NCBI GenBank assembly: GCA_000934665.2
Contig: JYFJ02001216.1
Span: 62,001-87,059, forward strand
From: Catajapyx aquilonaris
Taxonomy: Eukaryota
Length of the DNA: 25,059 bases
Direction: 5' to 3'
Shown: positions 12,401 to 24,300 of the stretch, one piece after another
How positions within the stretch are numbered: the stretch's first letter is position 1
Layout of the letters: every line of letters begins with the position of its first letter
Position numbers and translations under genes: made by a program
The notes under the pieces: generated by a model
The model's input: only the letters and a program-made list of their open reading frames with translations
Told to the model about the DNA's origin: nothing
Database searches by the model: none

Positions 12401-14358
12401 GGAGGGGACCTATGTCAATGCGCCGAATTTCAAGAAAATTTGTGACTGTCACTTGCAAAGTCTCCCTCGTGATTCACTAAGGCGGGTAGTACATGTACGC
12501 AAAAAATGTAAGTGTGTATAACCTTGGTATAACCCCCGAATTTCAAGAAAATCGGTGAGGTTGGAATTTGACCTCTGACCTCATCAGAATTGGGTCACGA
12601 GGTCATTTTGATCAGGTAACTATAGGTGCATTTTTCATCCCTTGGGGTGGGCTACCAATGCACCGAATTTCAAGAAAATCGGCGAGGTCATAAAATTTCC
12701 GGAAAAGGGGGAAAAAAAACTCCGTCATCAAAGGGTTAAGGCTGATTTTGAACCTACATGATGCTTGAAGTGTTTTTTTATTACGGCCCTATATCGCGGT
12801 TTTGTCAGATGTTATGCGGATCTCCCGACTGTACAGGGTGGCTCACAGACGCGCCGACAATAGGCACGACACCATCGCCAACACCACCATACTCATCCAT
12901 GATTCAAGAGAGAGGCACCAAGAAGGAATCTTCAATCAGTAAGGATGGCACAGGCGTTTATGCAATATTATCATTGGACATGTATTTATGGAATTTCTAC
13001 TGTGTGCCAATAATTTTGTATTCACGTGTCCTGGTGCTACAAAAAATATTTAAATAAGTGATGAGTTATTTTTGTCTGTAGATTTATTGACCAGCTTTAA
13101 GGAGGCCAACCCTGAGTGTGATGACTTCCTCAACATCACTATACAAGTTTTGCAGGTGGTGGAAGATAATTTTGGGGCTCAGCCTCAGATTCCTACAGAT
13201 GAAAAGACTCTAGACCAAGATTGTAGGTATGGAATATGTCATGTAATCTCCATCGACTGGTTACGTGTTAGACACTATTGTAATGAGGGGTATTATTCTT
13301 TGCCCCATGCAGTGTATTCAGCTCAGCTGTGAAAAAAATTACAGACATTGTGGAACCATGTGTACCGCCAGCAATGCGGTATGTCATAGAATTTGTGACC
13401 AAGCCATTCGAAGATCTTGTGACGAGCATCTGCGATCCAGCCCAGAATATGCATCGCCGTAAGACCTCAAATAATAATAATTTCTATATTGATATTAGGG
13501 CTTAGTTCTTTGAAATAGCAATGTTTCAATATCCTATCTTCTTCGCGCTCAATATCATCTTCGTTTGATTTTTCAGTGTACCTAGAGTCATTATTTGCTT
13601 AATGGACACGTGGGGTAATACATTGCCATGTGACAGCCAGTTTGTTGAAGATGTAGTGACGTTACTACCACAAATCAAAGACATCAGTTCAGCGAAGCTA
13701 TTGTGCTGGTGAGTGCTCTGTGAGCTACGATATAGTGATACAGTGGTTTTAACATTTTCAATACATCACCCACACCCCACACCACATCCTTACAAGTCAA
13801 CCCTTTCTCTCATGAAAAATGGACATCAAAGTGTCATAATGCAGTACTATACACTAGTGCTTCTGTTCATAATATATACTTTTACCATCAAACGTAGAGT
13901 TTTGCATATGACGTAATTAATTTTTCGATTTGAAACAGCTCACTGGAACAATTCAACTACTGTCTCAACGCAACAACAACTGAAGATTGTGGGTCTGACG
14001 CAGCAAAGTTTGTCGACAATGCCCTGGATGATCTGGGAGGAGCTCTGTTGGTAATAATATCTCCTGTGGGATACCCAATAGTATACCGCTTCATGATCCC
14101 TCCATGTTGTTCTGAATATATTATTACCCATGTTATTACACCATCCTACTGGCAATATCTCCACAGCATAATTATCTGTTTAAACACTTTCTAAGAGTGT
14201 CATCAAACTATGATTTCCAAATATGAATGATTTTGAAATTATTCCAGATGTATTGTTCCTTCGTGGGTCCAGACTGCAGCGGATGGCTGACACCTTTCCC
14301 CACAACCCAGCTACCCACGACTCCATCACCAAAATCCAAACCCAATCCATTTCAGTAG
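9489..14358 (+). CDS. Gene C: secreted cysteine-rich two-domain paralog with a 1-nt frameshift in exon 9 (null allele, young pseudogene or sequencing error)
   Basis: Exons 9489-9531, 9876-10014, 10099-10247, 10316-10448, 11657-11771, 12809-12938, 13082-13226, 13313-13458, 13577-13708, 13939-14050, 14248-14358. Signal peptide MISSKLCILAVILAGALSS. Exon 9 is 132 nt versus 133 in paralogs, giving TAA at 13600-13602. All other exons and splice sites are intact. Confidence 0.82.
10503..11465. mobile_element. Non-autonomous piggyBac-type element, copy 1 (intron 4 of gene C)
   Basis: TTAA at 10499-10502 and 11466-11469. Termini CCCTTTGATGAC / GGCAGCAAAGGG form a 10/12 inverted match. Internal ~135-bp units occur in direct and inverted orientation. 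The element is absent at the paralogous site (~2625). Confidence 0.85.
10863..11191. mobile_element. Palindromic ATCG-rich MITE (hAT-like) nested in the piggyBac-type element
   Basis: Ends GGGGCTGTGCGATATCCGACATTGCATATCGAC / GTCGATATGCAATTTCGGATGTCGCGCAGCCCTA. The whole element is a near-palindrome centred at ~11021. Host sequence ATCGGT is duplicated on both sides. It is absent from copy 2. Confidence 0.75.
12082..12735. mobile_element. Non-autonomous piggyBac-type element, copy 2 (intron 5 of gene C), termini reversed relative to copy 1
   Basis: TTAA at 12078-12081 and 12736-12739. Begins CACTTTGCTGCCTACGG and ends CCGTCATCAAAGGG. Shares the internal repeat units of copy 1. Confidence 0.85.
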
Positions 14359-14613
14359 ACACATAAGGACAGGGCCAACATCCAAACCAGAGGCAGATGA
14401 ATTGATCACCCCTGCGGACGCAGAGAAAACTGCAGAGAACCTGAAGAATATTGTCTCGTGGCCTGTACATCCTGCAACACACTCATGTTCCTTATGGTAA
14501 TTATATGAGTATATACTCCACGATTACGTAGCAACATGACCTTCGCCGCTATGTAATTTCTGGGATGAATAAATGAGCTCTTTTCATTGTACTGAACATG
14601 AAGAAAGTGCCTA

Positions 14614-14850
14614 TCTATATTAATAAAACCATTTGTGATCTGTCTGTCTGTCTGTCCGCCTGGAACGCCGACCGTCATTTGCCTGCCATCTGTGGTCCGC
14701 CTCCTACACCTCCAAGGCTCCAACCTCTCCCATCCTTCCGACCAGGCCTTCCTTTAATTAAGATTCTGAATTACATGTATTTTTTTGCCTGTCCTTTTCA
14801 GCTTGCTTTCCATTCATTTCTTCCCGAGCAACGCCGGGTATCGCAGCTAG
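14614..14850 (+). mobile_element. Non-autonomous Helitron (237 bp)
   Basis: Inserted between A (14613) and T (14851). 5' end TCTATATTAATAAAA followed by (CTGT)n; 3' hairpin CCCGAGCAACGCCGGG shortly before the terminal CTAG. Confidence 0.8.
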
Positions 14851-15331
14851 TACTTTATAAACACATCTTGACTTGAGGCATGTGATGGAGCTCATTTTAC
14901 ATCTTTCTTGCCCCAACTTCACTAAGAAAGGACTAAACCACACATTTTCTATGAGCTAAGGAGGGAAACAAGAAGAAAGTTCATGTGATGATGTTTTGTT
15001 TACTTCAGAGTAAAAGTTTTCTATGCCTATATTGTTAGTCTGAGTATTGCGAACAAATACATTATCCTTCATAATATTGCCATTCACAGCTTATAACCGT
15101 ACTGCATAATGAGTGGACGAATGAGAAAGTACTACGTTAAAGGGCAGTTCTGATTGCTGGAAATGCATTTTTGAGGTGTGGTGTACTGTACGTTGCATTG
15201 CTCAATCAGGTCAGACTGTCCTCACATGACTCGTCAGGCAGAGATAAGATAACATACTGTGGAAAAATGCAATCAATATCTCTGGAGGAAAAATATAATC
15301 ATAAACACTTATCTCGATTGTCGCAAAAGGA

Positions 15332-15337
15332 TTCAGT
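15332..15337 (+). promoter_or_regulatory. Candidate initiator (TCAGT) of gene D
   Basis: TTCAGT ~20 nt before the ATG at 15355, with an AT-rich TATAATCATAAA ~30-40 nt upstream. Confidence 0.35.
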
Positions 15338-15354
15338 CGCTGTATGTCACCATT

Positions 15355-18287
15355 ATGGCCGCAATGATGACTTATACAAAATTCCGCGTCTTAGCTGTGA
15401 TCTTGGCCGGTATGTCTATGTTACGTGTTATTCTCATTCCCCTAGACTATAGACCTATAGAGTAACACTGGTTAAATTGATGAGATTCATTATAATGATA
15501 CTCATTGGTTATTTAATCAATTCATCATTTTATACTTAGACACGTTGATTCAATAAGCTCGGTTGCTTTCCGTTATGCTTTTTTCTGAAGAAATGTACAG
15601 TGATGCACAGTGATGTGTGTGACTCCAATTGGTTTAACGTCACAAAGTACGTCACCATCACAGGCATTATTAATCTGCACTTAATGACATGTATGGAAAT
15701 GTGTACGTCATAATTATTTCATGATTCGAACATCTTTCAGCATTTCTTTCAGGTGCATTGTCTTCGGTGACATCGGACTCTCCTAAGTGCGACAACTTGA
15801 AAGTCACAATAGATGTTCTCAAAGTAGTGGACGCTAATTTTGGCTGGCATATTCCTCTCAACAGTACCGAGTTGGACTTGGCCTGCAAGTAAGGGTAGTA
15901 TAAGTTTGGAGATTTTAAACCATCCTGTTCTTGCAGGACTTTTCTGTTCAAGGCTTTACCTTTACATCACGATGGTATCATACGCGGTACTCATAAATTA
16001 CGTTTTCATTGTTAACACTGCCTATGTCTTTTAGGAACTTCAAGCCTGCCGAAAATGAAATCCTGGCCATTATAAAGCCATGTGTTCCGCCTTCACTGCA
16101 GGATATTGTTATTGGCCTGATTCCCACGATTGTCGATCCTTTCGTAATGAACATCTGTGGAGGAGATAAAGAACTACATGACCGTAAGGCTGCAAAATTC
16201 CTGAGATGTACAGCACACCATAATTATAACGATATTATTTACTTTTAGTGTACTTGGAATCGGCTGTGTGCTTGAATGCCAACTGGACCAATTCCCTTCC
16301 CTGTGGACTGCAACTGGCTAAAGAGTCGGTGTCCACAATTCCAACTTTTCACGATATATACGACATATGCTCCCTGATGTGGTAAGTTGTGTCAGAGATG
16401 GTGTTCTTTTCCAAGCAAACAGTCCAACAATGGAGGAGGAGCAAATGTTATGGGTTGTTCGCTTCAGAAATCAGTTGGTAGAGAAGCAACAACCACTACG
16501 AGTTTGATTGGATTGTTTCAGCCAATTGTAAAACGTCTGGTTTCCGTTGGTAAACAATATTCAGAATCCTGTATTATCCTCTTTTACCCCCATCTTGGAC
16601 AAGCTGGGCAGCAAAGCGCACCACTCTGTTTAATATTAATTAGCCTAACTTGTGTTTGTAACGGTACGTCGGGGATGGGTGGGAATAACGTACAAGGGTG
16701 GGCTAATAACTAGTATATTACAATATGATACATAAATACAGTGAGAAGGAATAGGAAGGAAGAAAGGAAGGAAGGACCTGATCAGGGCAAAGGATAGGGT
16801 GAAAGAGGGCGAGCCCACCAGTCCAACTCCTATTTATGGAGTCCCTCACTCTGGGGGTCAAGGGTAGGTGGCTTAGGGGAGGATTGGAAAAGGGTTGCAA
16901 GAAGGACCCGGGGTCATGACCCGATAAGTCTATAGAGGAGAGGAGAGGGTGAGCTGGACATTAAATAGAAGTTTAAAGAGAGCGGCCTGGCATTGCTATA
17001 CGCCCTCTCACCTTATCAGGGTGCTAACCGTCTTAAGACACCATGTACTCAACCATAAGGGCACGGAGCCTTTAGTCATCCAAGCACAGCTTGGATGACT
17101 AAAGGCTCCGTGCATAAGGGTACCAGCGTACCTAAGCCAACCGCATTACACCGCGGGGTCCCAAATTCTGTGAATGCAAACGCGTCTCAAAGTAATGCCG
17201 ACCAGTAGGTGAAAAAAAGAAAAAAAAGAAAAGGGAGACCGAGAGGGTCTGAGGAACCCCCTAGGTCAAAAGAAAACACAAGACGACCACAACAAAACTA
17301 GCAGTCGGTGTCGTAAACGACCACGGCCGCTTGAGAGAGATTGAGCAATCTCTCTCAAGCGGCCGTGGTAAATGACCCAACCGGACAGGCCACGGCCCCC
17401 AGGGAGACCAAGCAGGCGCAAGGCGCGACCCACAAGGAACCCCTGGGGAGACATCCAAACTAAAAGGGTAAAAACTCTAAAACCTAATCCTCCACACTGG
17501 GGGGTGATCTGGACAGGAAGGGACTAATTAGCAGGAGGGGGAAGGTGGGTGGTGAGGAAGGACTGGTATATGTTATGATGTATAACTGCACATTTTTCAA
17601 CTGAATTATGTGCCACGATAAACGCGAAAATTAACAGCCCCCTGGAGCAGGCCAAATACTGCGTAGACCAGCAAGTGCTAATGGACTGCGGCCCAGACGC
17701 GGTCGACTTCATCAACAAGCTGGCCTTGGAACTGGGAGGCGACCTGCTGCAGGTATTTGGGTTAATTATGAAATTTTAACACACGGGTTATATCAGGATC
17801 TTTGTAGGGTAGTAATACTGCCCATGGTAACAATCTTCATTGATCAAAAGGGGTATAAACAATACAACATCTCGCCTGCATTAGCGCATTGTTGGAGATC
17901 ACTTAGGTAAATCACCACAAATTGAATAAATTGCAGTTCTGAGACAGAATAAATGCGACAAAATAATACAATGCAAGCCTAAATATTCATTTCACGATGA
18001 CCCCGACGACTTTTGACTTTCTGCTATATGCGGTCCGCAAAACTAGGTCCTCATTATTATTGCGCCTCTGTGTTGCTGATGTTGTATCCTATCTTTCAGA
18101 TGTTGTGCCCAACACCGAACTGCGATGGCTGGTTCACTACCTCTCCGCCAGTAATTGAAAACAATCCATCCTCACAGAATATGAAAATATATACATCTCG
18201 GCAGGATATAATATACGGAAACAAACCAGTTCCATCAATTGTGGAGGGTGACCATCAGTCTGAAGGTGAACGTATTTAATAATGATG

Positions 18288-18377
<90 letters not shown>

Positions 18378-21300
18378 AGAGAAAAAACTTGTGCTTCAAC
18401 AAGCATATGTTCAGTGCACTCAAAAAAATAATAGTTGAACAAACCAAAAACATGTTTAATTCAACAAAATAGGAAGGTTAATATAAAGCCTGCTAAAAAT
18501 TTGGTTGAAGTAACCAAAAATATTTGGTTGTCGTTCTACAAAAATATTTGGTTGTCGTTCTACAAAAATATTTGGTTGATTGATGTAACCAACATTTTTG
18601 TTGATATGGTGTACATTTGGTTGTGGTAGCTAAGGTTTTGGTTGAAACGATCGCATAGGCCCTACCCTTCAACCAAAATGTTTTGGTTATACTTCAACCA
18701 ATTCTGTTTTTTCAATTCAGCTAAGATTTTGGTGAAAGCAACCAAATCTCACTCAACCAAATAGTTTTGGTTACTGTAACCATTTCGGTTTTTTCAGTGT
18801 GAACTTCATTTCGGCCATTTGTACGTTCAGCGAACGTTCCGAAGCAAGTTCCGACGTCTCAGTCTTGATATCCCAAAGCCTCAGTTTAAAATTAAATTCA
18901 AATTTATATATTGATTATTGCTGTCTAAATTTATCTTGTTAACTACTGCTATGCAGGTCCACTGGCAGCTTTCACTTGATATTTAGAGTAAGGTTATCGT
19001 TCCTCTTTAGTATTTCAGCAGTCTTTGTTTTGGGAAAATATTTTCATCATAATTATGAGGTATAACTCCAACAGAGAGAATAAATGACATACAGTTAGTC
19101 ACAGTCAAGTATCAATAAAAAATTGCACAATATGTTCCAACCATCTCAGTTTAGGCTATATACACATGGAGTTGGTTGATGTGAGGTTATATTCTTTCGT
19201 TTTTAACGTAAGTGTTCTTATAGGTTCGTATCTTCTTTTTATTTATTAAATATAAGAACTTAGGCATTGGTATACAATGACACAATTCGCCGCTGTAAGG
19301 CATTATGGATTCAACATTTTTAAAACGCGCCATGACGTCTCGTGCGCATACCATGTGCAATGCTCACAGGCTAATAACATTATACAATACTTTGAAATAC
19401 TGGTACTGTAACAAAACAAGGTGTAAAAATGTCCAGCCACGACGGACGTGACTGGAGCGGACCACTTTTTACTTCCATCATATTAAAACATGCAATAAAG
19501 CATGTAGATGAGATTGAATAATAGCTCGCTACTATTGCAATGCAGGAAGATACTCTAGAGGTGATTGCAATAACGTTCTTCTTAACATTCTCCGACTTTA
19601 TTGTGCCCTTATCCCTATATATATAAAGCTCAAAATTTGTACATATATTTATTTATTTATTTATTTATCACGCCTAATTAAGCCACTTCCCGGGCACGGA
19701 GAGCGCTCAAATTTCTCAGAGCCATGTCTTACATATCACTGACCCCGAGAAAAGTCCCAAACCCGAACTTTCTTGAGTCTAAGGGGGGTTTTCAGCAGAT
19801 TAAGCAATTGCCTATAGCAACCCTGGCTGTCAACAAGCCCGAAGGGAGGATCTGCCTCTCTCACTCACGTTCTAAAATGAAATCAGCATTGCATATTCAA
19901 CAATGAAAACAATAGAACAACGGGCAGGTTGGCAAGAATAATATAATTGCAGTATACGAGTAGGGTATTGTAACAATGAACGGTTGGAGTACTTAGGGGA
20001 GTGCCGAGATCAACAATACCGAACAATACGGTACTGTACAGTTCATATATCGATAGAACCTGCCACAAGGCACCAGGAAACACAGAGGAAAGAAGAGAAG
20101 GTATACGTTCGTGTGTTTGGTCTCAGAAGTGTTGGAGTGATGCGTTCATGTTCAGATTGTGTTGTCATCAAATATTTAATCTGATACCAAATTTTCAAGT
20201 GTAATTTTAAAACCGGGGTTAATGCGAAACGGCGTAAAATGGAGCGGCGTAAAACGGGTACTTCCCGCATGGGAAATCCTTCTTGGCCGCTTCACAACCA
20301 GCAAGCTATCATAATTTCCACGTTATAACAATTTTTCAATTTAAAAATTTTATGATGTCATATTCAAACCTGCGTTAATGTGGAACGGCGTAAAATGGAG
20401 GGGTGTAAAACGGGTACCTACCGTATTATTTTGATAATTGGACGGTGTTATGCAATAATGCATCAACCCACATGAGAACAGTTATGAGAAAAAGGGCTTT
20501 TAAAAGGTCATACCTGTGAAATTAATTCAGTGTTCTTTCCGGTCATTTATGGCAGAAGTATGCAGATTTCACCTGCGTGATTTTAACTGAATGAAGTAGG
20601 ATCCTTTAGGTCAGCGGTTCTTAGCCTGGGGTGCCCGCACCTCCAGGGGGTGCGAGGTGGCTTCCCTGGGGGTGCGAGCAAGGTGCACCTCTAAACAAGA
20701 GTTAATATAAACGGGTCTAACTATGAACGTAATCAATCACCCCTGGTAAATGGGGTGCGTCAAGGACCCACATATTGTCTACAAAGTGGTGCGGAGGCCC
20801 TAAAAGGTTAAGAACCTCTGCTGTAGGTTTATGTTCCTGGGCTTGGCTCTATTTTGGCATTTTTGGGGGTTGACCCAGTATTGCATAACACTGTCCAATA
20901 TATTATCCCTCCGCTTTCGATCACTTCTGTGTGTACGTTGACTGACACCAGGTTCAACATATGTACCAGACACTACACACGGATTTGCTGCTATAAATTA
21001 ATTAATAAATAACATATTTTGATAATCTACGTATGCCTTACCATTTTGTAATGTAAGGCACCAGAATTTTGTTGGTGATTACCATAGAAACAGGCATGTA
21101 AATGGTTTCAAATTTTGCACTTCCCCCAATTTTTTTATCCAAATTTTTTTATACCCCCTCCCCCCAATGTATCTCCACCTTGCCGTGGTGGTGGGCTTGC
21201 GTTTTCTCATGATCCTGAAGAACTATGCCGGCGGTAGTTTCGTCCACTGGTAGGGCCGCCCAAGTCGGACAGGTCTTTGGGATAGGAGGCAGACTATAAG

Positions 21301-24300
21301 AGAGATACCAGTCTTTCCTCTCTTCTTTTTCCTCTTTGTTTCTCTCTCCATCTGTCCCACCTTTTTGTATTCTGATAACCAGCACTTAGCCATAGTTGCG
21401 TGGCTCTTTATTACGCAAACAAACCAGAATTTTTACACCCTTCCAGAGCCTGCATATGCAATGGAATGAGCAGTTTTGCATTTAATATTGCCTGAGATCT
21501 GAAAAGATTTCGGTGTAATTACCCACGCTATTTTTTTCCCCGTGCGAAGAACGGGTACCGCTGCTAGTTTAACAATAAATGCAAATGGTAGCCTCGTCTA
21601 TGTTAATTCTGGTGATATCTACCCCAGTTGGGAAGGAGCATCCAATGTAGGCTATATGGTGTACGGTGTATGTAAATTTGACAAACGATCTGTTTGGCAT
21701 TAGCTTCTCAGAATGAGTGTCGTTTGTCTTCAAACATAACAGTAGATATGTGTTACATTTTTTGAATTACGGTTCTACAGTAGATCATTCTATAGGTATG
21801 GGGTACACTGTACCAATGGGCGTAGCCAGGATTTCATAATACGTATTATACTAGCAGGTTACACCGGCGCACAGTGATCTAGATTCGGAAAACCCTGGAC
21901 AAAATCAGAATTGTTTAATTTGTAGTATGATATTCCCATTCATGCCTGCATAATCAATGACAATCGAGCTATACTCTGGCCTATAGTTTGTTCCTGAAAA
22001 AAAAGTTATTCGGCAGCGCGGAGGCATTTAAATTTGGGGTTAATCGTTGTTCTGAATAGACATGCACGGCAGGCCTATTTTAACCATTTGCTAAATGTTC
22101 TGAAACATATGTCAACGGTAATTTTGGTTACACTGTGTTGTAGAGTATACATTTACTTGCAAAATTGTTCATATTTCATTTTTGTAAATTATAAACATAA
22201 TGATTAAATCGAATTTTGGTGTAGCAGTTCAAATGTGTCGTTTCAAAAATTAAATCGAGTCATACAAAAAAATGGACAAAAAATGACATTTTAATTTTTG
22301 GTGCGTAATGTGCGAAATAGTGTGTAGGTGAAGGGTCAACAAAGTCCAGCTGCTAAAACTTGCTAATTTTATCGTAATTCGTAATTTTCGCCGTGGCGGT
22401 ATTTCCACCCTCGCGCTCGAGCTAATGCCTGAAACAAATAGTGCACGGGCTGGAGTCCAGTGACGGGAAGGGGGGAGAAATTCGAAGTGTGGCCAAACTG
22501 ACCAGATTAGTGACACCTTGATACCTGTTGATATCGTACATTACTTCCTATGTTTCCTCGACGGAGGAGGGAATATAATTTTGGTGTGCGTGCGAGTGAA
22601 AGGCAAGTCTTGAGGAAATAATAATCAATATACTATGGCTTATTTTCGGGGCTGTCGTTATAATAATTTCCTATACTTTATCCTTGAATTATCCTTAATT
22701 ATTTTATCTATGAGACACACACATTTACATACAATTATATGTATAATGATATATACGTCGTACGCATATAATTATGTATATCTTGTGGCCGGCAAATTTG
22801 TACCTTGATTATAATTATATTGAAACGCAGAGGTCAGATAATTTCTGCAACTGTTTTGGGTTTTTAATTAAATATTCTTCCCATTCTGCAGTGCCGGGGA
22901 GGGGGGTGTTGTTTAACTTTTTTCTCCGCCCCCGCATACGATTATTTATCCATATGTATACCAAAATAGGAGACATCGATGGACCTTTAAAACCAAGTCA
23001 AGTTCAAATCTGTAACTGTTTTCGTTTTCAAATGAAAAGGGGTGGGACGCTCTGGTCAAAAATGGGGTCTGGGGTTTATCGTTCGTCTTTTGTTTTTCTC
23101 CCCCTCTCGTGATTTTTGCGTTATCAACATACCTACACAAATTTCCATCGACTGAGCTTGAGGCAAAAGGTACCTTTGTAACCTTTACATTTTCCCAAGA
23201 AAATAGACGCAAAGATTCAACCTCCATTTGCCCCCTATTATTTTGTCCAATCCCTGTACGTGAACATCTGTCAATAATTTGACAATTTTGACTTCAAATT
23301 CGTACTCGCCGACTAGGAAAACCCCTAAACACTTATTTTTATCCTTCTAGGATGATAACTATAATTGTGACCAGGGTTTTCCGAATCTAGATCACTGCGG
23401 CGTTGCCCGGGTACGTTGGGGGTGCTGGTAAAGGTAGGGGTACATACACAGTATTTTAGGAAGTGTGTGTGCGTTTGTAAAAATTTCCCTTCCATACACT
23501 CGAAACTCGATATGTCTTAAAATAGGCCCTATAAGTTGCAATAAGCCAAAGTTTGTCACTATCTGTGATAGATTACCTGCTTGTCTTAATAGCGTATAGT
23601 CGACACAGATATTCTGATTGGATGTGTAAAAAGAGGTATGCGGATGGAGTTGGCCCAGGAAAAGACTGCACAGTCACGTGTTTTTTCCCCTGCATTTTTA
23701 ACCCCTTGACCAACCCCACTTCACACCCCCACCTCGTTACATATGTTTGCTCTGAAGAACTTTAGAAATGTACGTACAGATGCATGGTGGGAAATTTTGT
23801 TTTCAACACGGAGTAATATTTGTAAATACTGTCTTATTTTATTGCATTTATTATTGTGTTATTATATATTAGTCTAGTTTCAAATCCCACAAAATCCCAG
23901 AATGACCATACGATACGAACTCACGTGAGGTGGCCAAATAGCTTAATTGGTGAATGATTTGAATTTACGGCAATGGTTTTTTTTTGCATAAAGGCATTTC
24001 CATGGGAATGTGAATTGATATATTATTATTTGATTTTTATGTAAGTTAATTGTTGAGGCCCGAGAAGAGAGAAGATTCGGGAATATGCGTGTTGTGGGAG
24101 TTAGGTTCATTTTCGGAAGCTGAAACATGCGTCGTTAGATTCCTTGGAAAATGTAACCCCCGATATGCTAATTGAAGGCGGTGTAAGGGCCTTCCCCTGG
24201 ATTTCTATAAGGGACAAACATCCAAACTCACAAACTCACAAACTTCCTTATTTATAGATATAGAAAAGATAAATTTATTATCAGACTGGGAAAAATCATG

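Noticed and set aside
18137..18472. Poly-Ile, poly-Leu/Ser and poly-Asn/Asp ORFs
   Set aside because: These are translations of the (AAT)n(GAT)n microsatellite.
19646..19880. (TATT)n run next to GC-richer sequence, a possible minus-strand LINE 3' end
   Set aside because: No TSD or recognisable RT-coding remnant, so too weak to call.
21817..21835. GGGCGTAGCCAGGATTT resembling a MITE terminus
   Set aside because: No matching inverted end or TSD was found in the window.
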